NCBI GenBank assembly: GCA_047967505.1
Contig: CM106538.1
Direction: 5' to 3' (one strand)
From: Dipteris shenzhenensis
Lineage: Eukaryota
DNA length: 64,000 nt
Below the pieces are notes generated by a model. That model searched no databases, had not been told where the DNA came from, and saw nothing but the letters and a program-made list of their open reading frames with translations. The first letter of the stretch is position 1; each line of letters opens with the position of its first letter. A program made the translations under genes and the position numbers. This document shows positions 12,626 through 25,246 of the stretch, one piece after another.

Positions 12626-14759
12626 TATGTGTAACTATGTGGCGGAAGTGTAGTGACAAGTACCGGTTGATTGATTGTCTACATGGGAAGGTTTCTCCCA
12701 CCTGACATGTTTCTTTTGTGGGGGGATTGCTAATTCCTGCATGTTCTCTTGCTCTCGATGTTGCTTGTTGCAAATGCTCATGTAAACTTTGAATGGTTAG
12801 TCCTACCATGTGACAGATGTTTGAGATTTTGTTCAATGTTGTCGTACTAGTTGGGAATTGCGAGTGGTTTTTTTTCCTTGGGATTGCAACATGAGATTGT
12901 GTTCACCATTTCTTTCAAGTGACAAACTCGGCTTTTGTCTTCATAATATGTGATCAACATGTGAGAGTTTCTCAAAATGTATGAAAACAAGTTGTTCTAA
13001 TTTGATGTTGGTGGACGATACATGTTGAGTATGGTGAATAAATGGTTGTGTTTTGAAAGTTTTGTAATTTGGCTCTTGTCTCAATCTATTCTTCACAAAT
13101 TATCAAACAAAGAAAAAAAAAACCAAAGGTATTAGAAAAGGATATCAAATAGATGCAATAGATTACTACAGTGAGACAACTTACCACCCATTAAGACTCC
13201 TTGATGATCCTACACTTACATATATGCAAACAACAATCTTAATCCAAGAGGGATGTTGGTAGAGAACTGCAATAGAAAGGTTAATTAGTCCAATGGCTTA
13301 GTCAATTGTTGGCATCAAAAAAGAAGACGACATCATTTGGATGCAATTTGGAGATAAGGAAGTTGGAATGCAAACAAGATCTGAGGAAAAAAATATGTAA
13401 AGACCATCCATAAATCCTAAATGGAGATTAATTTTCCACAATACAAAAGAAAAACAAAACTAGCATACTTATGAGGAGAGCAATTTCTATTTACCTAGTA
13501 GAGGGTTCATGTCTTGACAATGGAAAATCTATTTTTCTCCTCAAAAGGTATCCATACACATCACCTTGCATACATAGCACTATCTAGAGTAAAATAAATG
13601 AAAACCTCTACATGCTAGAACCATTTCAAGAAAACACAAAATGCAAACACAAAAGACAATTACTGCAAGATGAAAAAATAATGACATAATGCAAACACAA
13701 AAGACAATTACTGCAAGATGAAAAAATAGATACTCCAAACTTTAAAATAAACACTTCCATATAGAATGCTATTGTCAACATTGAACTTGAGATCCTTTTC
13801 AAACAAAGAAGAGGAATAGGTCCCCTTCCTTGATCCAAAAATCAATAGCCTTTCTATTGGGATATTTCTTTTATTGCTTCTTTTATGCTAGAATGTTTAG
13901 GTAGGATCACTCCATTTTTCATCTATAGTGAAGATGTGATATAATCTTTGATTTAATGCCTAAGATTCCAATCAAATTGTGTTCCAATGATTTTCTAGGG
14001 GAAGGGATTTTCTAAGTTTGGGTCTATTAGCTACAAAAATAACTAGGTGGTGTAGTTGATTCTGGTGCAATTTTGAAAGGCAACATGTCAATGTTTGAGC
14101 ACTTGCAATTGAAAAGATATAGAATTCTTGTCCATAGTGTAGAGGCATAAGGATGGGAGACCTTTTGAGCATTGCTTCATTTCCTAAAAGGCCCATTTTG
14201 CTCCAAATCCCACTTGTAGTGTTGATCCTTTTTCATGATCTTGACCAAGAGCAACTAAGTTTGCACACTTTTGACATCAACTTGGTCTTCACCAATTGCA
14301 GCTTAAGAGGTGAAAGTGAAGGTTAACTTGTATAGCATTGTACATACTTCTTCTACCACACTCTTTTTGCACTTTTGTACATCATTTTTTATCGTGTATT
14401 TTTGTTGCCATCATGCAACATTCAAAATGAACATGTAGATCTATATTTTTGGTCTATGGATAAAGAGGTCATTGACTATAGTCGAGACTTTGAGGGTCAT
14501 ATTTCTTGCACTTTAGCACACTAGTTGTGTCACTTTGTACAAGAAGGACTTAACAATTTGGGCCCTAGCTCCAATGAATGCCACTCGGATATTGGTTTCA
14601 GAAGCTATCGCAATGTAGAATTGCACCAAGCCTCAAATGTCTGCACTTAAATCTAAAAAATAGATCTAGCACTCTTCAATGACCTAGACCTTTAAACTAG
14701 ATCCCTAATCTACTCAGAGTGGAACATAACCCTCATATCAAGACCTGAGATAAAGAAAT

Positions 14760-17140
14760 CACAATTTATATTTGTATTCCAACAATTTGTTGACATGCTC
14801 TAGGAGTGACAATATTCTAGGTTGCTGCATCAAGCCAACCCCTTTGATCAAGAGGGCAATGAGGTAGAATAGAAGGATGCGCTCCTCTCTAAGCACTTTG
14901 GAGCCTAATGAATGAACAATGCTTAAGCATAGACAAATCATCAATAACAAAGCATATGTAGATTGAACAAATTGAGTCACCTTTGACCAAACAAAATATG
15001 GTGGATGAATAAAGTGGCAATAAATGTAGTTCAGTCAATAAAATGGGTGACTTGAACCAAACTATAGACCAAATACATTTGAAAATAATGTGAATCAATT
15101 CAAATAATGGTGACTTGTGCCCAAAATGTAGACACATGGAAGCTAAGAAAATTGAAGCATAGGAAACACAAGCATATTGAGTAGAAATTAATGAAACAAA
15201 GGGGTCATGCGATGAAATACACAAAACACTCTTGACTAGATCCTCATACAAAAATAAATCCAAACCTAGAAAATAAAATTAAGAGTAAACACAAGATATG
15301 GGATGAATTTTTGATGTCACAAAGTCCCCCTTCTATTAGTTCGATGATGTGTGATGGTCCTTGAAGGTATTGACCACTGCATGAAATTGGCGTTTTGGCT
15401 TGTAGTGTTTTAGTTGGAGCTCGCCTTGCCCACTTCCCTCTTCTTATCAAGGTGGCAATCTGCAAAGTGCTTCTAAGTTTGTCACACAAAGAACTAGCAT
15501 TGAGAGCATGATGATGTAGTTTTCTTGGAAACTTTGGAGGTGTTCAGGAACTAGTTGTGAAATAGGGAGCCTCTTAAATTGAAAGAGTGTTGATGAAGAT
15601 CCTATAAAGACCTATGGTGAAATTGTGTTCCACAATAGAAATGGCTGTCAATAGGTCAATGAAAGGTTATCGATCAACTTGAAATGAATGAATTGCTAGT
15701 GGCACAAAGTTGAAGGGGAAATTGAGTCTTTATAGAGGTCATGATCTGAGGTGGCAGTACCTCAAATCAAGTCATTTATGAAAATATTAAGATCATCAAA
15801 AAATATGAATCATTCATGAACCTCTTATACGTTCTTGGATTACTTGGCTCCCAAAAACTCCAAGCATGGATATACACATAATTTTTAGTTTATCTTTGGA
15901 TGCTATTCGTATTGATTATTCCCCTACAAAATGGTTCATGAGACTGTATAACTCTTTTTTTAGTATCTAATAAAAATTTTGATCAATGAAAGGGACATGA
16001 TATGAGTTTAGAACTCTCGCCTTGCAAAGATGCCTATAATCAACATCGACTCTTACTGTAGTCAAACTCCTTTTAGGGACCACCACAATGGATGAACACT
16101 AGTTAGGAACTCTTATGGGAAAAATGAGTCTAGCCTCTAGAAGCTTCATTATTTGGGCACAAACATACTTCTTAGAGTTTTTCTACCAATCTTTGACACA
16201 TTTGCTAAATTGGTTTTGCATTAGGTTTAAAGGGAATTTTATGCACCACTCTCGACAAATGCACTCTTTTGAGATTCTACAAGTACATGCAAAAACATCC
16301 ACAAATCCCTTACGCTCTATGAGCTGTTCTTGAAGAATAAGTACAGATGTGCTTCTATTTGAATATTCTTCACCCCTTTAGGGTTCCCAAATTGATGGTT
16401 ATCACATTGGCTTCTCTTATTATGGGATCTTTATCACCAAAGACAGCAAAAATCATCTCTTAGATTTCATTCTGGAATATTTTAGAGATCTTTTATAAAC
16501 ATCTCGCAACTCAAACTCACACATTGTGGATTCTAAGTCATCATCCGTTGTTGAGGTGTAATTTATCTCAGATAGCTTTGCTATTCTAAAAGCAATGCTT
16601 TGGGATAAACATTAATCATTATTACGTCCTTACCACATCCCATGATTAAGTTTCCCATGTGGGTGCCTATTTGGTACTCTACTCTAATTATACTTAGGTC
16701 TTGCAAGTAACTTTGAATACTACGAATAAACTTCTACCATTGGTATAGGTACTTGATACAACATCTCCTTTGCAATAACACTCAAATTATCAGCCATTCA
16801 GGTCTACAAAGCTAACCTTGATATCTTAAGATGTAACATATGTCTAACAGTTCATCTCATTTATACTTGACTTGACAGGACTGTTGTGTCTGCCACTATG
16901 GTCTATCCATCTATTTCTATGTCAATTTTAGGGTAATTCTATCATGCTATCATCAAAGCCACTTTTTTACCCTTGATGACACAAATGTATCGATGATGCA
17001 CTTCATACCTCAAAATAGTGAACTCATTGTTCGATGAATGTCTATAAAAACATTCTATGTCTTGCAACATAGACATAGATACAAGTAATTTAGATGAATT
17101 CCTAGCAACTTCAAAAAGGTGTAAAAGCCTCCCCACATAA
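14760..17140 (-). mobile_element. Highly degenerate LTR retrotransposon (3' LTR plus internal remnant)
   Basis: Minus-strand PPT-like agaagggggact followed by TGTGACATC at 15321. Internal coding traces are weak and boundaries approximate. Confidence 0.4.
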
Positions 17141-18559
17141 ATGGATCTAAATTATAGTTCCTTAATTCTAAGTGAAGAGCTCATGGTAAGGGTGGATTTT
17201 GAAGGAATTTTACTTCTCTTAAAGAGGATGAGGGGCATTAAATACTTGCTTTGCCAATTTGGAGGGCTTAGATGCATTCCCACTCTCATCCAATGGTGTA
17301 TAATAAAGCCTCTTATGGCCATTGGATCTTTGATCATGATCCTACGGTGTGCATTTGATACGTTTTGGAGACCCTTGGATGGTAATGAGATTCGACAATG
17401 TGCAATGGTCGCTTGATTTGGTCCATTGGATGATTAATGGAATCCAATGGCTATAAATACACATAATTATTACCCTCCAGGCCATGTGAGAGATGGAGGG
17501 CAAATCCAATGGTGCGTGATTGGTGCCTATTTCATACCATGGGATGATTTTGGATCAAACGGTCCACGACTGGCGCCAAATGTAGCCATTGATCTCAGTA
17601 GTGAATAATTCAGATGTCCATTAACTCCACATGTGTACCATGGGAAATGAGTGCACCATGTGCCCATTGCACAGGGCCTCTTTAGCCTATACCATGTGCC
17701 CATTGCACAGGGCCTCTCTAGCCTATAGTCTACCACATACATTAGATCTTGGCTAGATTTAATGGCCCAAAGCCGGCCGCCTTGCACATTAATAGTCGTG
17801 AGCACCAATGAATTTGAAGCATTGGATCTTCTAAGACCAAGGACCTCATGGAATTGTAGTTTAGATTGTTGATGCCTTAATCTAATCTAATGGCCAAGAT
17901 TGTGAGCCTAGATCTCGAATTTTCCTTTAAGGTGGTGAAAGGGGGAAAATATCTGACAAGCCCTCCTGTCCACCAATGAGAAGGATTTTAGAATCCTCCA
18001 TATTTGTAATGCATGAGTCTCCTCATTGGCCAACCCCCTTATCACATTTCTTAAGGGCCTAATGCAAGAGGCCCTTTTTTAGCTCAAAATTCCCCTACTT
18101 AGTAGTGGATCAGTGGTTCTCTTGAGTTTCCCCCTCTGCCCTAGTGTTCCAATGTTTTTAAATAGTTAGAGGTGAATTTTCATTTGGTTAGAACTTCCCA
18201 GGTTCTTCCCTACAACTATGTTAGGTCGACAGAATATCTCTAATAGATTTTTCTCCGAATAAAACTTTGTTATAGTCTTGGATCAAGTCAGAATATTCAC
18301 ACTTGTCTATTATGAGTGGAAAAAAGAGCTTTGCATCCCACACAACTAATGGCTATTTATTTTGACATGGATGCTTCATCAATTGCTTTCCTCTTAGAAA
18401 TCATGTGACTTTTTCTCTAGATTTAGTGGTTTTTAATGGTGGTTGCATAGCCCTAGTTTACTTTTAGCTACATCATGCCACTTCTCTCTACCAATTTCTT
18501 CCTTGTGAATAAGGCTTGTAACAATAGGTAAAGAGAATGTTGGGACAAAACGTTTCATG

Positions 18560-20440
18560 AGCCAGGTATTTGCACCCTACTTGGGAAAGTTCATAACAGT
18601 GTTTCTGGATGATTTTTGCATTTATTCAAGCCGTGTGGATCACTTGAAAAGTTGAGGATTGCATTGAAAAGTATTGATGACGCAAAAGGTTGCCTTAATC
18701 TTGCAAAATGCCATTTGGTCAGGAAGAAGGTGGCTCTGTTAGGACATGTTATCTCAGAGGAATGTATAGAAATGGATCCTGAGAAGGTACAGGAAATCAT
18801 GGCCCTTCCACCACCTAGTAATGTCAGAGAGGTGAGGGGCATTTTGGGTAAAACAAAGTATTACCAATGCTTTGTTGATATGTTTTCTAAAAAGATGTAT
18901 CCTATAAATTTATTGACAAAGAAAAATGTATCTTTCCAATGGGGACTAGAGCAAGATGAGGCATTTGTTTGCTTAAGGAATGCATGATCCAAAGGCCAAT
19001 TATGCAGCCTCCTAGGTGGGAGGATGATTTCTATGTGAATCCAAGTGTGTCAACTCATTCAGTGGGAGCTATACTACTTCAAAAGTGTGAGCAACGACGC
19101 ATGCAACCAGTGTATTATGCAAGTCGGCAACTCACGGAGGCTGAGGAGAGGTACGGTGAGATGGAGAAAGAAGGTTTATCTTTGGTCTTTGCAGTGAAGA
19201 AGTTTAGGTTATACTTGCTACCTCACCCTTTTTTCTTCCTTATGTCTCAACCTGCTTTACAATTTTTGGTTCGCAAACCCAATCCTACTGGAAAGTTTGC
19301 TAAGTGGATTTGTGAGCTTCAAGAGTTCTCTTTCACTTTTATTACAGAAAGCACCACTAGAGCTTTTCTGGCAAATTTGCTTACAGGTAAGGAGGAAGAA
19401 GAAGTAACAAAGGCAAAGGAAGACTTAGATGAAGAGTTGGAGACCCCGCCAATAGCTTTCAAGCTGCATTTTAATGGAGCCTTTAGCCCTTCTAGGAAAT
19501 GTGGGGCTTGGGGGATAATTCTATTTGATCCAGAAGGAAAAGAGGTATGGAAGGGTAGGCAATTTCCTGAAGCAATATCAAATAATGTGCTGAGTACAAT
19601 GCATTGATCTATGGATTAGAATGTTGCCTAAAGGAAGGAGTGAAAGAGGTAGAGGTTAAAGGAGACTCTCAACTAGTCATTAGGCAAATGAAAGGTGTTT
19701 ATAAGGCACAGAGTCCTAATCTACAAGATCTTTATAAAAGAGCGATGGAGTTAAAGGAAGCTTTTGAGTTTTGCAAGTATGTGCATATTCAAAGAAAAGA
19801 TAATCATCAAGCTGATGAGATCGCTACTAAAGCTATGGCTTCTTTCACTAAAGTTACTCTTGCATTGATAGATACAGGTCTCCCAGATGCAACTTGTAAT
19901 CATTTCATTGTGAAATATAAAGAAATACCGAAAGGGGCGCCACGGTTGGCCAGAGCTCCAAGATGTTCAATATTACTTGGATGAAGGACATTTTCCTCAT
20001 GGATTGACCCCTCAACAAAAGCAGAGGCTCACAAGGAATGCTCGTCCTTATAGAATCCTTGGGGATGTTCTATACAAGCAAGGTAAAGATAAGGTTCTTA
20101 GGAGGATAATGAGCTTGGAAGAATCTAAAAGGATTATGGAGCTATGTCATGAATGTTCAGGTCACTTTGCTTCAGCTAGCACTACTTGAAAGATCCTTAA
20201 CACAGGGTATTATTGGCCCCGACTCAACAAATATATCCATGAGTGGTGCCGAAGTTTTGAGGTATGCCAAGCATATGGACGTAAGCAATTGGTTCCTGGG
20301 CCCTTGAATCCCATTCCAGCATATGGTCCATTTGAGAGGTGGGGGTTGGATTTTGTTGGCCTCCTTTCTTGTTCTTCACAAGGGAAGTATTAGGTATTAG
20401 TTGCAATTGATTATGCAACTAGATGGGTGGAAGCAAGTCC
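18560..20440 (+). mobile_element. Ty3/gypsy pol fragment with an additional RNase HI domain (Tat-type): RT, RH, aRH, integrase N-terminus
   Basis: LLGHVIS..DPEKVQEI; PVYYASRQL..EKEGL; LHFNGAFS..SNNV..ALIYGLE..VKGDSQLVIRQMKG..N..AD; CHE..GHF..GYYWP..WGLDFVG..IDYATRWVEA. Frameshifted. Confidence 0.9.
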
Positions 20441-20589
20441 ATTCTCAAATTGGACTTTACACAAATCCAAAAAATTTGAATAGTGTGTTTGTTACTTTAA
20501 TGATGAAACACTTTTGGTGCATTGTCAAAAAATAACTTTTCTTTTTTATACATAGTTGATCAAATGGTAGAATTTTAATATAGTTTGAC

Positions 20590-21130
20590 ATTAAGTTTTA
20601 GATATGCTCAATGCCCCACCCTCTTGATATATATATTTTCCTCCAAGATTTATACACCCCTTAAATGGACAATCATCAATAAGCCAGGTATTACTAGGAA
20701 AAATGGCAAGCAAGGGCTTAAACATGCATTCAAAATTTGGCTTGTCCGGTTGATATAACTTATTTAAGAGTGGTATGTAGCATTGCACTTGACCCATAAT
20801 TTTGTAGAATGTGTGCAAATCCTCAATAATTCTTATCAAATGAGCCACATTTGTACTTAATGTTGTTGACCATTTTTACACATGATAGTAGGAATGTTTT
20901 TATCGAAGCTATGCTTATATATTAATATAAAATCTTGGCAAAAGCTTTCAAGCCCATTTTTTAAGTTTCACAATATTAGGTCTTTATAGCTCGTCGGTGA
21001 GCTATTGTTTCAAGCTATTTATGCTTGGCTCAACCACGAATGAAATGATGCTTCTACTGCTTGCTTGCCTTTGTAACTTAACGACGGTGATCTATTGATC
21101 CAAGGTATTTATGATGAGATCTTGTCCTCT
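20590..21130 (-). pseudogene. Degenerate FCP1/NIF (HAD-family phosphatase-like) domain fragment
   Basis: PSNTWLIDDCPFKGCIN resembles the NIF motif NTLLIDDSPYKxxxN. Upstream RPNIVK and EDLHTF traces. Confidence 0.5.
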
Positions 21131-21970
21131 AATAAAACTAGCTCCGTGGTTTCCATTGAGTGTTTCCTATGTTTATGAAATATATTGCCTGGTTTTATTA
21201 TTATTTATACTTGCATGGTGATATGCAAGAATTATAACTAGCCACTAGTTATAAAATTGAGACATAAAAACACTTGAAAAACTTACAAACTTGCAAAAAA
21301 AATTACTCGCAAAATGTAAAAACCCCAAACATCCTAGTTGCTTAATAATCATGCGAAACATGTAGCTTGTCTACATACATCTGCAATGCACTATAGGAAT
21401 GTGTAAATGAGTTTTCATCATAATTCAATAGATATTTACAAAACTGCTTCTAAATTCATTGAAGTTTTAGGGCTTCTGACTTGATCTTTGGGATGCAATC
21501 TTGGACTTAGCAGTTTCTAGTCAATACTTTCTCAATCACATTGTCCATGCTCATCTAAGAATTTTTGGCAGCACATCTAATGAGAGTGCTCTCAATGAAA
21601 GTGGAACGGAAGAGGGTGAGAGAGAGGGAGAGCCAAAAGTGAGCCACACAAGTTTTGGTGGGTGCAGAACATCTTTTATGTCATCCATATATATATGTGT
21701 GTGTGTGTTTAAGTATTGTACATAACTGAGGTTAAGGCACAATGTCCTTTAACCCTCACAACCTTCCACTTAAAGTCTAATGTGTCTTTAAGGAAGATCA
21801 GCCAATGTACGGAAACATGGCTCAGAACTGTCAGTAAGGACTACAGAACTGTCAATTCAAAAAGGAATAAGATAATCTTTTGTCTGACTAACACGATTTT
21901 GCATTAAATATCTCCTTAGATTTTTTTTTGTTTACCAAAGATTCCGCATCTCTTTTGCCGACGTTTGCAG

Positions 21971-24953
21971 GCCTTTCATGAAGAATCCATCACTGAACTT
22001 GGTGATTGCAAGTTTTCAAAATATTCACATGGATACCGCCACACTTCCACGATTCATGTTATAAAACGACTATAAGATTGACAAACAAACTTCGCAACCT
22101 CAGAAGCACAAAAAATGGCCGATACTAGTGAGTCACTATCTCAGAAGAAGCGATTACACCATCTTCACATCGACTTAGAAGAACAATATGATCCAGTACA
22201 AAAAAAGGATACGGTGCTGAATGCTTAACAGCGGGAAAATATGAGAAGAGAAGGGCTTCAACATATTGACTTATGGTGCGATGGAAGCATATATCCAAAA
22301 TGTCAAGTAACAAACTCTACACCTCCATTTGACAATCCCACCACATTACTGAGGTTTGCCGGCGATGGACAAAATGGACTTCTTGGTTATATTTCAACAT
22401 AGTCTGCATTTGTGGAAACGTATAAAATGATGTACCTACAAGAAAAGGGGGCCAAGATGCAGGAGATAGCCATTCGTGCAAAATTGGAGCAGCAGTTGCA
22501 AAATGAAATTGAGGAGCATTCAAAGAGTAAAAAAGAGTTGATAAGAGCAAGAAAGAAGAGAATCGTACTTGGAGACAGACTATGTAGCAGGAAGATTAAA
22601 AACATTGCAAATTTGAAGGCTGGGACTGGTGGATGCAAGCGACGAATTCAGGAAGCAAGGTTAGATTGAAATTTATTATTTTGTATACTCAAAAAGGCTC
22701 TCAAATGACTATATCTATTTCGTCCCTTACCACAAAACAAGAATGGGGGTGTTGAATGATATAGGCATATTGTGTTGTTACTATAGGAAATTATTGGAGC
22801 CTGTAAAAGAAAATATGGATCCGAACCTTCTTCCTGTTAAACAAATGAAAGGATTGCTTTCTTGTGGTGTAGCAAAAGGTTTGATTGAGGAAAAAAAATA
22901 CAAAATAGTCAAACGCAATGTTGTAGAGGACTTTGTATCCAATAATCAAGTTGATGGCACTATAATCCAAGAGGCTCTTAATGTTAGTGGAGTTAGCAGG
23001 AAGGGATATAGTTCGATTTTCCATGCGATATCCTCAACTTTGAAAGATCAAAGGATTAAACGAGTTTTACTGCCAAATCCAGCAACCGTGTGGAGGATAA
23101 GAGGTCATTTGAATGAAAGTATAGATGAATTTATTGGGCAATATATCCATATTAAAGAAATATTTCATGGTGGTAAAGGAACCACTGTGTATGATCCTTG
23201 GAAAAATATATTTGTAGATCTACAACAACTTCAAAGAAGAATGGTCGAGTTTTATGGAATAACATTTGAGGAGTGCAAAGGCATTTTGAAATTTGTTATC
23301 AAACTGGATGAATGTGAGGTTGTAAAGGAAAAGAAAATGGAAAGAGTTACCATTACATTGATGAATGGAGCAATTGATACATCATTGACTGAAGCGAGTT
23401 CGAAGTATTTTAGTGTGCAGTCAGAGAAACACATATGGTGGTTAGGCTCGTTCCAGGTATGATCATTTTTTGTTTTGTACTTGATTTTGGTCATTGTTTT
23501 CAAATCTATTATAGTAAGACTTTTGTTTTCTATAATCTGGCAGGTGAAGATAGAAGACCATGAAACACTAGATTAGGTGTTTCACCACACAGGAATACCA
23601 AGAATAATCAAAAGACAAGTGAAGGCGAGAATCTCCATGTTGCAGGAAAAGGTGATTTTCAAGTAGAGTGGCACATGGCCGGGGATCTTAAAACACTTAA
23701 GTGCATGTATAACGTTAGTAAAGGAGGCAACTCAAAGTCTCCTTGTCTTTACTGCAAAGAATCAGCTCAAGTAATGGATTCAAAATGGTGGAAGAGAGCA
23801 CCTAATAGAGATAAAGTTGACCCTGACTTCAAGGCCATTCTGGACATTCCACTATGTAATGTTCACATCTGCACATTGCATGGTCTATGTCGAATTATTG
23901 AGAAATTGGTATTTTTATATATTGGATTTGCTTGGAAATTCCGTCCCGAAAAAAATAGAAAGGATGCTCTTCAAGCATTGGAAAAAGTGTTATCCGGTCT
24001 GCATGGAGGAGATGTTCAAATCACAAAGGATTTTAAAAAGTCTACCAATGGCAAGGAGGTACCAATCAAGCCCTCTATTGGTGGTGTTAAGGCAAGAAGA
24101 TTCTTGTCTCGACCCAAACACAGTAAGCAAGTAAGGCAAGGTAGAACAGTTTCAAAGATTAATTATGGATTGTGGAAGCAAGTCCATAATGCTGTGAAAG
24201 ATCATGAGGCAGATGGGGAAGCACGAAATAGGAAGGCAGAGGTGTGGAGGTCTCTTGATCAACTCTTCATGTTCTGTGACAAAGTAACATGGACAAAGAG
24301 TGATTACAAGAACTTTGAGGAGGCAATTAAACATTTTGGGAAGTTAATGAAAGACGCGTGGACAGCCTGCAATATAACTCACTACATGGTAAGGTTCTAT
24401 CTTCTTCTTTTACTTAAGTGTGATCCTCTTTTTTTTATTACTTACTATGCATTCTTATGTCTTACAGCATATCATCTACAACCACCTTCCCTATTTTGTC
24501 AAAAAGTATGGATGCCCAGCAATTTGGTCTACCCAAGGCATGGAGAAGTCTCACTACATGGCACGTAATGCATTTTTCAGACACACACAACACTATGGAG
24601 GGAGTCAAAAGGCAAATAGTCTAAAAGAAGTCTTCCAATGGTTTTACCGAGGCATACTACAGAGGCTGCATGCTAAAAGAAAAGTTGCTAGCTCCAAAAT
24701 CAAGCTTGCTTTTCTTCTAGCCCAAAAGCAAAGACGAAGACAAACTCTAGACAATTCAATGGTAGCAGAGAGACATAGACAATGGAGGGAATCGAAGATA
24801 TTTAGAAACCATAAATGGACAAGTAAACATGAATACAACTCATTTGTAACTTATTGGTGTTATGTCCACATGTTTTCAGACTCAATCAATAGAATTTTTT
24901 TTTGTGGAACAAGTGACTCTTGGTGTTATGCATCAAAAGTATTTCTTTTGTGA
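21971..24953 (+). pseudogene. RAG1/Transib-like DDE transposase, intron-containing and disrupted (exons ~21971-22659, 22787-23456, 23544-24388, 24468-~24953)
   Basis: Motifs in order: KFVIKLDE, HMAGDLK, SKSPCLYC, ICTLHGLCRI, THYM|HIIYNHLP, WSTQGMEKSH. These parallel RAG1 core D600, D708, CxxC, DALH, TNYFHKTLAHVP and WASEGNESGNK. GT-AG junctions keep the frame; several stops and one frameshift. Confidence 0.78.
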
Positions 24954-25246
24954 AACATATGATCTAAACGTAATACAATTTGTTCACAATTTCAATATAT
25001 TGTTTGTTTAATATTTAACAACACCACTCTATCTAAATGTACAAATCATTTCATCTTCAACTTATTGTTCATTTATACAAGATCATACCAGACATCAAAG
25101 ACTTTGTACAAATCAGTTTAACTTTAATATAATGTGTGGGAGTCAACTATTCCAAAGCAAAAACATTTCTCATCATCAAGGAAGAATTCCACAGGGCCAA
25201 AGATAGCAAAACAATGAGGTAGAAGTGAGAACTAAATCAGACATAG

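Noticed and set aside
13900-14700. Copia RT remnant
   Set aside because: Only a faint KLVALG..GIN-like trace; too degenerate to annotate.
22743-22786. ATG 22743 as transposase start
   Set aside because: It lies within a predicted intron (22660-22786); coding similarity joins in frame to the upstream exon.
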